Assembly (NCBI GenBank): GCA_964016885.1
Contig: OZ024742.1
Span: 341,744,001-341,808,000, forward strand
Source: Eledone cirrhosa
Lineage: Eukaryota
Direction: 5' to 3'
Length of the DNA stretch: 64,000 bases
Shown here: positions 24,420 through 38,099 of the stretch, piece after piece
How positions within the stretch are numbered: position 1 is the first letter of the stretch
Layout: the number at the start of each line of letters is the position of its first letter
Made by a program: the position numbers and the translations under genes
Notes under the pieces: model-generated
What the model saw: the letters and a program-made list of their open reading frames with translations, nothing else
Database searches by the model: none
Told to the model about the DNA's origin: nothing

Positions 24420-26340
24420 TTACAATATTTAGTAAAACCCTGTTTCACTCTACACGGTACACCTGTCTTCTATGGAGAGTGTTAACTTCATTACAATATT
24501 TATTAAAACCCTGTTTCATTCTACACGGTACATCAGTGTTCTATCGAGAGTGTTAGCTTCATTACAATATTTAGTAAAACCCTGTTTCACTCTACACGGT
24601 ACATCAGTGTTCTATCGAGAGTGTTAGCTTCATTATAATATTTAGTAAAACCCTGTTTCACGCTACACGGTACATCAGTGCTCTATCGAGAGTGTTAGCT
24701 TCATTACAATATTTATTAAAACCCTGTTTCACTCTACACGGTACATCAGTGTTCTATCGGGAGTGTTAGCTTCATTACAATATTTAGTAAAAACCTGTTT
24801 CACTCTACACGGTACATCAGTTTTCTATCGAGAGTGTTAGCTTCATTACAATATTTAGTAAAAACCTGTTTCACTCTACACGGTACATCAGTGCTCAATC
24901 GAGAGTTTACATTCATTACAATATTTATTATAACACTGTTTCACTCTACACGGTACATCAGTGCTCTATCGAGAGTGGTAGCTTTATAACAATATTTATT
25001 AAAAACCTGTTTCACTCTACACGGTAGATCAGTGTTCTATCGAGAGTGTTAGCTTCATTACAATATTTAGTAAAACCCTGTTTCACTCTACACGGTACAC
25101 CAGTCTTCTATGGGGAGTGTTAACTTCATTACAATATTTATTAAAACCCTGTTTCACTCTACACGGTACATCAGTGTCCTATCGAGAGTGTTAGCTTCAT
25201 TACAATATTTAGTAAAACCCTGTTTCACTCTACACGGTACATCAGTGTTCTATCGAGAGTGTTAGCTTCATTACAATATTTAGTAAAACCCTGTTTCACT
25301 ATACACGGTACACCAGTCTTCTATGGAGAGCGTTAACTTCATTACAATATTTATTAAAATCCTGTTTCACTCTACACGGTACACCAGTGTTCTAGCGAGA
25401 GTGTTAGCTTCATAACCATATTTATTAAAACCCTGTTTCATTCTACACGGTACACAAGTGTTCTATCGAGAGTGTAGCTTCATTACAATATTTATTAAAA
25501 CCCTGTTTCACTCTAAACGGTACATCAGTGCCCTATCGAGAGTGTTAACTTCATTACAATTTTTAGTAAAACCCTGTTTCACTCTACACGGTACATCAGT
25601 GCTCTATCGAGAACGTTAGCTTCTTTACAATATTTATTAAAACCCTGTTTCACTCTACACGGTACATCAGTGTTCTATCGAGAGTGTTAGCTTCATTACA
25701 ATATTTAGTAAAACCCTGTTTCACTCTACACGGTACATCAGTGTTCTCTAGAGAGTGTAGCTTCATTACAATATTCATTAAAACCCTGTTTCACTCTACA
25801 CGGTACATCAGTGCTCTATCGAGAGTTTTAGCTTCATTACAATATTTAGTAAAACCCTGTTTCACTCTACACGGTAGATCAGTGTTCTATCGAGAGTGTT
25901 AGCTTCATTACAATATTTAGTAAAACCCTGTTTCACTCTACACGGTACACCAGTCTTCTATGGGGAGTGTTAACTTCATTACAATATTTATTAAAACACT
26001 GTTTCACTCTACACGGTACATCAGTGTTCTATCGAGAGTTTTAGCTTCATTACAATATTTAGTAAAACCCTGTTTCACTATACATGGTACACCAGTCTTC
26101 TATGGAGAGTGTTAACTTCATTACAATATTTATTAAAACCCTGTTTCACTCTACACGGTACACCAGTGTTCTATCGAGAGTGTTAGCTTCATTACAATAT
26201 TTATTAAAACCCTGTTTCACTCTACACGGTACACCAGTGCCCTATCGGGAGTGTTAGCTTCATTACAATATTTAGTAAAACCCTGTTTCACTCTACACGG
26301 TACATCAGTGTTCTATCGAGAGTGTTATCTTCATTACAAT
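24420..26340. repeat. Non-adjacent paralogous copy of ~20660-22300
   Basis: ACCTGTC at 20704 and 24461 and GAGAGTTTACATTC at 21144 and 24901 (offset 3757). TCTAAACGG at 21471 and 25512 and ORFs 21643 and 25684 (offset 4041 = 3757 + 4 monomers). Confidence 0.88.
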
Positions 26341-26462
26341 ATTTATTAAAACCCTGTTTCACTCTACACGGTACACCAGTGCCCTATCGGGAGTGTTAGC
26401 TTCATTACAATATTTAGTAAAACCCTGTTTCACTCTACACGGTACACCAGTGCCCTATCGGG

Positions 26463-29400
26463 AGTGTTAGCTTCATTACAATATTTAGTAAAACCCTGTT
26501 TCACTCTACACGGTACATCAGTGTTCTCTAGAGAGTGTAGCTTCATTACAATATTCATTAAAACCCTGATTCACTCTACACGGTACATCAGTGCTCTATC
26601 GAGAGTTTTAGCTTCATTACAATATTTAGTAAAACCCTGTTTCACTCTACACGGTACACCAGTCTTATATGGAGAGTGTTAACTTCATTACAATATATAT
26701 TAAAACCCTGTTTCACTCTACACGGTACATCAGTGTTCTATCGAGAGTGTTAGCTTCATTACAATATTTAGTAAAACCCTGTTTCACTCTACACGGTACA
26801 CCAGTCTTCTATGGAGAGTGTTAACTTCATTACAATATTTAGTAAAACCCTGTTTCACTCTACACGGTACACCAGTCTTCTATGGGGAGTGTTAACTTCA
26901 TTACAATATTTATTAAAACCCTGTTTCACTCTACACGGTACATCAGTGTTCTATCGAGAGTGTTAGCTTCATTACAATATTTAGTAAAACCCTGTTTCAC
27001 TCTACACCATACATCAGTGTTCTATCGAGAGTGTTAGCTTCATTATAATATTTAGTAAAACCCTGTTTCACGCTACACGGTACATCAGTGCTCTATCGAG
27101 AGTGTTAGCTTCATTACAATATTTATTAAAACCCTGTTTCACTCTACACGGTACATCAGTGTGCTATCGGGAGTGTTAGCTTCATTACAATATTTAGTAA
27201 AAACCTGTTTCACTCTACACGGTACATCAGTGTTCTATCGAGAGTGTTAGCTTCATTACAATATTTAGTAAAACCCTGTTTCACTCTACACGGTACATCA
27301 GTACTCGATCGAGAGTGTTAGCTTCATTACAATATTTATTAAAACCCTGTTTCACTCTACACGGTACATCAGTGCTCTATCGAGAGTGTTAGCTTCATTA
27401 CAATATTTAGTAAAACCCTGTTTCACTCTACACGGTACATCAGTGTTCTATCGAGAGTGTTAGCTTCATTACAATATTTAGTAAAACCCTGTTTCACCCT
27501 ACACGGTACATCAGTACTCTACCGAGAGTTTTAGCTTCATTACAATAATTATTAAAACCCTGTTTCACTCTACACGGTACATCAGTGTTCTATCGGGAGT
27601 GTTAGCTTCATTACAATATTTATTAAAACCCTGTTTCACTCTACACGGTACACCAGTGTTCTATCGAGAGTGTTACCTTCAATACAATATTTTTTAAAAC
27701 CCTGTTTCACTCTACACGATACATCAGTGTTCTATCGAGAGTGTAGCTTCATTAAAATATTTATTAAAACCCTGTTTCACTCTACACGGTACATTAGTGC
27801 TCTATCGAGAGTGTTAGCTTTATAACAATATTTATTAAAACCCTGTTTCACTCTACACGGTACATCAGTGCTCTATCGAGAGTGTTAGCTTTATAACAAT
27901 ATTTATTAAAACCCTGTTTCATTCTACACGGTACATCAATGTTCTATCGAGAGTGTTAGCTTCATTACAGTATTTAGTAAAACCCTGTTTCACTCTACAC
28001 GGTACATCAGTGTTCTATCGAGAGTGTAGCTTCATTACAATATTTATTAAAACCCTGTTTCACTCTACACGGTACATCAGTGTTCTATCGAGAGTGTTAG
28101 CTTCATTACAATATTTATTAAAACCCTGTTTCACTCTACACGGTACATCAGTGTTCTATCGAGAGTGTTAGCTTCATTACAATATTTATTAAAACCCTGT
28201 TTCACTCTACACGGTACACCAGTCTTCTATGGAGAGTGTTAACTTCATTACAATATTTTTTAAAACCCTGTTTCACTCTACACGGTACATCAGTGTTCTA
28301 TCGAGAGTGTTAGCTTCATTACAATATTTAGTAAAACCCTGTTTCACTATACACGGTATACCAGTCTTCTATGGAGAGTGTTAACTTCATTACAATATTT
28401 ATTAAAATCCTGTTTCACTCTACACGGTACACCAGTGTTATAGCGAGAGTGTTAGCTTCATTACCATATTTATTAAAACCCTGTTTCATTCTACACGGTA
28501 CACAAGTGTTCTATCGAGAGTGTAGCTTCATTACAATATTTATTAAAACCCTGTTTCACTCTACACGGTACATCAGTGCCCTATCGAGAGTGTTAACTTC
28601 ATTACAATTTCTAGTAAAACCCTGTTTCACTCTACACGGTACATCAGTGCTCTATCGAGAACGTTAGCTTCTTTACAATATTTATTAAAACCCTGTTTCA
28701 CTCTACACGGTACATCAGTGTTCTATGGAGAGTGTTAGCTTCATTACAATATTTAGTAAAACCCTGTTTCACTCTACACGGTACATCAGTGTTCTATCGA
28801 GAGTGTAGCTTCATTACAATATTCATTAAAACCCTGTTTCACTCTACACGGTACATCAGTGCTCTATCGAGAGTTTTAGCTTCATTACAATATTTAGTAA
28901 AACCCTGTTTCACTCTACACGGTACACCAGTCTTCTATGGAGAGTGTTAACTTCATTACAATATTTATTAAAACCCTGTTTCATTCTACACGGTACATCA
29001 GTGTTCTATCGAGAGTGTTAGCTTCATTACAATATTTAGTAAAACCCTGTTTCACTCTACACGGTACATCAGTGTTCTATCGAGAGTGTTAGCTTCATTA
29101 CAATATTTAGTAAAACCCTGTTTCACTCTACACGGTACATCAGTGTTCTATCGAGAGTGTTAGCTTCATTACAATATTTAGTAAAACCCTGTTACACTCT
29201 ACACGGTACACCAGTCTTATATGGAGAGTGTTAACTTCATTACAATATTTATTAAAACCCTGTTTCACTCTACACGGTACATCAGTGTTCTATCGAGAGT
29301 GTTAGCTTCATTACAACATTTAGTAAAACCCTGTTTCACTCTACACGGTACACCAGTCTTCTATGGAGAGTGTTAACTCCATTACAATATTTAGTAAAAC

Positions 29401-29820
29401 CCTGTTTCACTCTACACGGTACACCAGTCTTCTATGGAGAGTGTTAACTTCATTACAATATTTATTAAAACCCTGTTTCATTCTACACGGTACATCAGTG
29501 TTCTATCGAGAGTGTTAGCTTCATTACAATATTTAGTAAAACCCTGTTTCACTCTACACGGTACATCAGTGTTCTATCGAGAGTGTTAGCTTCATTATAA
29601 TATTTAGTAAAACCCTGTTTCACGCTACACGGTACATCAGTGCTCTATCGAGAGTGTTAGCTTCATTACAATATTTATTAAAACCCTGTTTCACTCTACA
29701 CGGTACATCAGTGTTCTATCGGGAGTGTTAGCTTCATTACAATATTTAGTAAAAACCTGTTTCACTCTACACGGTACATCAGTTTTCTATCGAGAGTGTT
29801 AGCTTCATTACAATATTTAG
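26463..29820. repeat. Non-adjacent paralogous copy of ~17815-21100
   Basis: ORF pairs 17816/26464, 19305/27953, 19723/28371 and 20084/28732 share offset 8648. The offset then becomes 8719 (one extra monomer), e.g. CAGTTTTCTA at 21061 and 29780. Confidence 0.9.
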
Positions 29821-29949
29821 TAAAACCCTGTTTCACTCTACACGGTACATCAGTACTCGATCGAGAGTGTTAGCTTCATTACAATATTTATTAAAACCCT
29901 GTTTCACTCTACACGGTACATCAGTGCTCTATCGAGAGTGTTAGCTTCA

Positions 29950-32900
29950 TTACAATATTTAGTAAAACCCTGTTTCACTCTACACGGTACATCAGTGTTC
30001 TATCGAGAGTGTAGCTTCATTACAATATTTATTAAAACCCTGTTTCACTCTACACGGTACATCAGTGCTCTATCGAGAATGTTAGCTTCATTACAATATT
30101 TAGTAAAACCCTGTTTCACTCTACACGGTACATCAGTGCTCTATCGAGAGTGTTAGCTTTATAACAATATTTATTAAAACCCTGTTTCACTCTACACGGT
30201 ACATCAGTGTTCTATCAAGAGTGTTAGCTTCATTACAATATTCATCAAAACCCTTTTTCACTCTACACGGTACATCAGTGCTCTATCGAGAGTGTTAGCT
30301 ATATAACAATATTTATTAAAAAGCTGTTACACTCTAGACGGTACATCAGTGCTCTATCGAGAGCGTTAGCTTCTTTACAATATTTATTAAAACCCTGTTT
30401 CACTCTACACGGTACATCAGTGTTCTATCGAGAGTGTTAGCTTCATTACAATATTTAGTAAAACCCTGTTTCACTCTACACGATACATCAGTGCTCTATC
30501 GAGAGTGTAGCTTCATTACAATATTTATTAAAACCCTGTTTCACTCTACACGGTACATCAGTGTTCTATCGGGAGTGTTAGCTTCATTACAATATTTAGT
30601 AAAAACCTGTTTCACTCTACACGGTACATCAGTTTTCTATCGAGAGTGTTAGCTTCATTACAATATTTAGTAAAACCCTGTTTCACTCTACACGGTACAT
30701 CAGTACTCGATCGAGAGTGTTAGCTTCATTACAATATTTATTAAAACCCTGCTTCACTCTACACGGTACATCAGTGCTCTATCGAGAGTGTTAGCTTCAT
30801 TACAATATTTAGTAAAACCCTGTTTCACTCTACACGGTACATCAGTGTTCTATCGAGAGTGTTAGCTTCATTACAATATTTAGTAAAACCCTGTTTCACC
30901 CTACACGGTACATCAGTACTCTACCGAGAGTTTTAGCTTCATTACAATAATTATTAAAACCCTGTTTCACTCTACACGGTACATCAGTGTTCTATCGGGA
31001 GTGTTAGCTTCATTACAATATTTATTAAAACCCTGTTTCACTCTACACGGTACACCAGTGTTCTATCGAGAGTGTTACCTTCAATACAATATTTTTTAAA
31101 ACCCTGTTTCACTCTACACGGTACATCAGTGTTCTATCGAGAGTGTAGCTTCATTACAATATTTATTAAAATCCTGTTTCACTCTACACGGTACATCAGT
31201 GCTCTATCGAGAATGTTAGCTTCATTACAATATTTAGTAAAACCCTGTTTCACTCTACACGGTACATCAGTGCTCTATCGAGAGTGTTAGCTTTATAACA
31301 ATATTTATTAAAACCCTGTTTCACTCTACACGGTACATCAGTGTTCTATCAAGAGTGTTAGCTTCATTACAATATTCATCAAAACCCTGTTTCACTCTAC
31401 ACGGTACATCAGTGCTCTATCGAGAGTGTTAGCTATATAACAATATTTATTAAAAACCTGTTACACTCTATACGGAACATCAGTGCTCTATCGAGAGCGT
31501 TAGCTTCTTTACAATATTTATTAAAACCCTGTTTCACTCTACACGGTACATCAGTGTTCTATCGAGAGTGTTAGCTTCATTACAATATTTAGTAAAACCC
31601 TGTTTCACTCTACACGGTACATCAGTGTTCTATCGGGAGTGTTAGCTTCATTACAATATTTAGTAAAAACCTGTTTCACTCTACACGGTACATCAGTTTT
31701 CTATCGAGAGTGTTAGCTTCATTACAATATTTAGTAAAACCCTGTTTCACTCTACACGGTACATCAGTACTCGATCGAGAGTGTTAGCTTCATTACAATA
31801 TTTATTAAAACCCTGCTTCACTCTACACGGTACATCAGTGCTCTATCGAGAGTGTTAGCTTCATTACAATATTTAGTAAAACCCTGTTTCACTCTACACG
31901 GTACATCAGTGTTCTATCGAGAGTGTTAGCTTCATTACAATATTTAGTAAAACCCTGTTTCACCCTACACGGTACATCAGTACTCTACCGAGAGTTTTAG
32001 CTTCATTACAATAATTATTAAAACCCTGTTTCACTCTACACGGTACATCAGTGTTCTATCGGGAGTGTTAGCTTCATTACAATATTTATTAAAACCCTGT
32101 TTCACTCTACACGGTACACCAGTGTTCTATCGAGAGTGTTACCTTCAATACAATATTTTTTAAAACCCTGTTTCACTCTACACGGTACATCAGTGTTCTA
32201 TCGAGAGTGTAGCTTCATTACAATATTTATTAAAATCCTGTTTCACTCTACACGGTACATCAGTGCTCTATCGAGAATGTTAGCTTCATTACAATATTTA
32301 GTAAAACCCTGTTTCACTCTACACGGTACATCAGTGCTCTATCGAGAGTGTTAGCTTTATAACAATATTTATTAAAACCCTGTTTCACTCTACACGGTAC
32401 ATCAGTGTTCTATCAAGAGTGTTAGCTTCATTACAATATTCATCAAAACCCTGTTTCACTCTACACGGTACATCAGTGCTCTATCGAGAGTGTTAGCTAT
32501 ATAACAATATTTATTAAAAACCTGTTACACTCTACACGGTACATCAGTGCTCTATCGAGAGCGTTAGCTTCTTTACAATATTTATTAAAACCCTGTTTCA
32601 CTCTACACGGTACATCAGTGTTCTATCGAGAGTGTTAGCTTCATTACAATATTTAGTAAAACCCTGTTTCACTCTACACGATACATCAGTGCTCTATCGA
32701 GAGTGTAGCTTAATTACAATATTTATTAAAACCCTGTTTCACTCTACACGGTACATCAGTGTTCTATCGGGAGTGTTAGCTTCATTACAAAATTTAGTAA
32801 AAACCTGTTTCACTCTACACGGTACATCAGTTTTCTATCGAGAGTGTTAGCTTCATTACAATATTTAGTAAAACCCTGTTTCACTCTACACGGTACATCA

Positions 32901-34750
32901 GTACTCGATCGAGAGTGTTAGCTTCATTACAATATTTATTAAAACCTTGTTTCACTCTACACGGTACATCAGTGCTCTATCGAGAGTGTTAGCTTCATTA
33001 CAATATTTAGTAAAACCCTGTTTCACTCTACACGGTACATCAGTGTTCTATCGAGAGTGTTAGCTTCATTACAATATTTAGTAAAACCCTGTTTCACCCT
33101 ACACGGTACATCAGTACTCTACCGAGAGTTTTAGCTTCATTACAATAATTATTAAAACCCTGTTTCACTCTACACGGTACATCAGTGTTCTATCGGGAGT
33201 GTTAGCTTCATTACAATATTTATTAAAACCCTGTTTCACTCTACACGGTACACCAGTGTTCTATCGAGAGTGTTACCTTCAATACAATATTTTTTAAAAC
33301 CCTGTTTCACTCTACACGGTACATCAGTGTTCTATCGAGAGTGTAGCTTCATTACAATATTTATTAAAACCCTGTTTCACTCTACACGGTACATCAGTGC
33401 TCTATCGAGAATGTTAGCTTCATTACAATATTTAGTAAAACCCTGTTTCACTCTACACGGTACATCAGTGCTCTATCGAGAGTGTTAGCTTTATAACAAT
33501 ATTTATTAAAACCCTGTTTCACTCTACAAGGTACATCAGTGTTCTATCAAGAGTGTTAGCTTCATTACAATATTCATCAAAACCCTGTTTCACTCTACAC
33601 GGTACATCAGTGCTCTATCGAGAGTGTTAGCTATATAACAATATTTATTAAAAACCTGTTACACTCTACACGGTACATCAGTGCTCTATCGAGAGCGTTA
33701 GCTTCTTTACAATATTTATTAAAACCCTGTTTCACTCTACACGGTACATCAGTGTTCTATCGAGAGTGTTAGCTTCATTACAATATTTAGTAAAACCCTG
33801 TTTCACTCTACACGATACATCAGTGCTCTATCGAGAGTGTAGCTTCATTACAATATTTATTAAAATCCTGTTTTACTCTACACGGTACATCAGTGCTCTA
33901 TCGAGAGTGTTAGCTTCATTACAATATTTATTAAAACCCTGTTTCAATCTACACGGTACATCAGTGTTCTATCGGGTGTGTTAGCTTCATTACAATATTT
34001 AGTATAACCCTGTTTCACTCTACACGGTACATCAGTGTGCTATCGGTAGTGTTAGCTTCATTACAATATTTAGTAAAAACCTGTTTCACTCTACACGGTA
34101 CATCAGTGTTCTATCGAGAGTGTTAGCTTCATTACAATATTTAGTAAAACCCTGTTTCACTCTACACGGTACATCAGTACTCTATCGAGAGTGTTAGCTG
34201 CATTACAATATTTAGTAAAACCCTGTTTCACCCTACACGGTACATCAGTACTCTATCGAGAGTGTTAGCTTCATTACAATAATTATTAAAACCCTGTTTC
34301 ACTCTACACGGTACATCCGTGTTCTATCGGGAGTGTTAGCTTCATTACAATATTTATTAAAACCCTGTTTCACTCTACACGGTACACCAGTGTTCTATCG
34401 AGAGTGTTACCTTCAATACAATATTTTTTAAAACCCTGTTTCACTCTACACGGTACATCAGTGTTCTATCGAGAGTGTAGCTTCATTACAATATTTATTA
34501 AAACCCTGTTTCACTCTACACGGTACATCAGTGCTCTATGGAGAGTGTTAGCTTTATAACAATATTTATTAATACCCTGTTTCACTCTACACGGTACATC
34601 AGTGCTCTATCGAGAGTGTTAGCTATATAACAATATTTATTAAAAACCTGTTACACTCTACACGGTACATCAGTGCTCTATCGAGAGCGTTAGCTTCTTT
34701 ACAATATTTATTAAAACCCTGTTTCACTCTACACGGTACATCAGTGTTCT
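29950..34750. repeat. 15/16-monomer HOR (1,064/1,134 bp), about 4 copies; start of the middle domain
   Basis: ACCTTCAATAC marker at ~31078, 32141, ~33276 and ~34409; ORFs at 29938, 31072, 32136 and 33270. New variants GAGAATG, TCATCAAAA and GCTATATAAC appear here. Confidence 0.88.
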
Positions 34751-37700
34751 ATCGAGAGTGTTAGCTTCATTACAATATTTAGTAAAACCCTGTTTCACTC
34801 TACACGATACATCAGTGCTCTATCGAGAGTGTAGCTTCATTACAATATTTATTAAAACCCTGTTTCACTCTACACGGTACATCAGTGTTCTATCGAGAGT
34901 GTTAGCTTCATTACAATATTTAGTAAAACCCTGTTTCACTCTACACGATACATCAGTGCTCTATCGAGAGTGTAGCTTCATTACAATATTTATTAAAATC
35001 CTGTTTTACTCTACACGGTACATCAGTGTGCTATCGGTAGTGTTAGCTTCATTACAATATTTAGTAAAAACCTGTTTCACTCTACACGGTACATCAGTGT
35101 TCTATCGAGAGTGTAGCTTCATTACAATATTTATTAAAACCCTGTTTCACTCTACACGGTACATCAGTGCTCTATCGAGAATGTTAGCTTCATTACAATA
35201 TTTATTAAAACCCTGTTTCACTCTACACGGTACATCAGTGTTCTATCAAGAGTGTTAGCTTCATTACAATATTCATCAAAACCCTGTTTCACTCTACACG
35301 GTACATCAGTGCTCTATCGAGAGTGTTAGCTATATAACAATATTTATTAAAAACCTGTTACACTCTACACGGTACATCAGTGCTCTATCGAGAGCGTTAG
35401 CTTCTTTACAATATTTATTAAAACCCTGTTTCACTCTACACGGTACATCAGTGTTCTATCGAGAGTGTTAGCTTCATTACAATATTTAGTAAAACCCTGT
35501 TTCACTCTACACGATACATCAGTGCTCTATCGAGAGTGTAGCTTCATTACAATATTTATTAAAATCCTGTTTTACTCTACACGGTACATCAGTGCTCTAT
35601 CGAGAGTGTTAGCTTCATTACAATATTTATTAAAACCCTGTTTCAATCTACACGGTACATCAGTGTTCTATCGGGAGTGTTAGCTTCATTACAATATTTA
35701 GTAAAAACCTGTTTCACTCTACACGGTACATCAGTGTTCTATCGAGAGTGTTAGCTTCATTACAATATTTAGTAAAACCCTGTTTCACCCTACACGGTAC
35801 ATCAGTACTCTATCGAGAGTGTTAGCTTCATTACAATAATTATTAAAACCCTGTTTCACTCTACACGGTACATCCGTGTTCTATCGGGAGTGTTAGCTTC
35901 ATTACAATATTTATTAAAACCCTGTTTCACTCTACACGGTACACCAGTGTTCTATCGAGAGTGTTACCTTCAATACAATATTTTTTAAAACCCTGTTTCA
36001 CTCTACACGGTACATCAGTGTTCTATCGAGAGTGTAGCTTCATTACAATATTTATTAAAACCCTGTTTCACTCTACACGGTACATCAGTGCTCTATCGAG
36101 AATGTTAGCTTCATTACAATATTTAGTAAAACCCTGTTTCACTCTACACGGTACATCAGTGCTCTATGGACAGTGTTAGCTTTATAACAATATTTATTAA
36201 TACCCTGTTTCACTCTACACGGTACATCAGTGCTCTATCGAGAGTGTTAGCTATATAACAATATTTATTAAAAACCTGTTACACTCTACACGGTACATCA
36301 GTGCTCTATCGAGAGCGTTAACTTCTTTACAATATTTAGTAAAACCCTGTTTCACTCTACACGATACATCAGTGCTCTATCGAGATTGTAGCTTCATTAC
36401 AATATTTATTAAAATCCTGTTTTACTCTAGACGGTACATCAGTGCTCTACCGAGAGTGTTAGCTTCATTACAATATTTATTAAAACCCTGTTTCAATCTA
36501 CACGGTACATCAGTGTTCTATCGGGAGCGTTAGCTTCATTACAATATTTAGTAAAACGCTGTTTCACTCTACACGGTACATCAGTGCTCTATCGAGAATG
36601 TTAGCTTCATTACAATATGTAGTAAAACCCTGTTTCAATCTACACGGTACATCAGTGTTCTATCGGGAGCGTTAGCTTCATTACAATATTTAGTAAAACG
36701 CTGTTTCACTCTACACGGTACATCAGTGCTCTATCGAGAATGTTAGCTTCATTACAATATTTAGTAAAACCCTGTTTCACTCTACACGGTACATCAGTGC
36801 TCTATCGAGAGTGTTAGCTTTATAACAATATTTATTAATACCCTGTTTCATTCTACACGGTACATCAGTGCTCTATCGAGAGTGTTAGCTATATAACAAT
36901 ATTTATTAAAAACCTGTTACACTCTACACGGTACATCAGTGCTCTATCGAGAGCGTTAGCTTCTTTACAATATTTATTAAAACCCTATTTCACTTTACAC
37001 AGTACATCAGTGTTCTATCGAGAGTGTTAGCTTCATTACAATATTTAGTAAAACCCTGTTTCACTCTACACGATACATCAGTGCTCTATCGAGATTGTAG
37101 CTTCATTACAATATTTATTAAAATCCTGTTTTACTCTACACGGTACATCAGTGCTCTACCGAGAGTGTTAGCTTCATTACAATATTTATTAAAACCCTGT
37201 TTCAATCTACACGGTACATCAGTGTTCTATCGGGAGTGTTAGCTTCATTACAATATTTAGTAAAACGCTGTTTCACTCTACACGGTACATCAGTGTTCTA
37301 TCGAGAGTGTTAGCTTCATTCCAATATTTATTAAAACCCTGTTTCACTCTACACGGTACACCAGTCTTCTATGGAGAGTGTTAACTTCATTACAATATTT
37401 ATTAAAATCCTGTTTCACTCTACACGGTACATCAGTGTTCTATCGAGAGTGTTTCGCTTCATTACAATATTTAGTAAAACCCTGTTTCACTATACACGGT
37501 ACACCAGTCTTCTATGGAGAGTGTTAACTTCATTACAATATTTATTAAAATCCTGTTTCACTCTACACGGTACACAAGTATTCTATCGAGAGTGTAGCTT
37601 CATTACAATATTTATTAAAACCCTGTTTCACACTACACGGTACATCAGTGCCCTATCGAGAGTGTTAACTTCATTACAATTTTTAGTAAAACCCTGTTTC

Positions 37701-38099
37701 ATTCTACACGGTACATCAGTGCTCTGTCGAGAGCGTTAGCTTCTTTACAATATTTATTAAAACCCTGTTTCACTCTACACGGTACACCAGTCTTATATGG
37801 AGAGTGTTAGTTCATTACAATATTTATTAAAACCCTGTTTCACTCTACACGGTACATCAGTGTTCTATCGAGAGTGTTAGCTTCATTACAATATTTAGTA
37901 AAACCCTGTTTCACGCTACACGGTACATCAGTGCTCTATCGAGAGTGTTAGCTTCATTACAATATTTATTAAAACCCTGTTTCACTCTACACGGTACATC
38001 AGTGTGCTATCGAGAGTGTTAGTTCATTACAATATTTAGTAAAACCCTGTTTCACTCTACACGGTACATCAGTGTTCTATCGAGAGTGTTAGCTTCATT

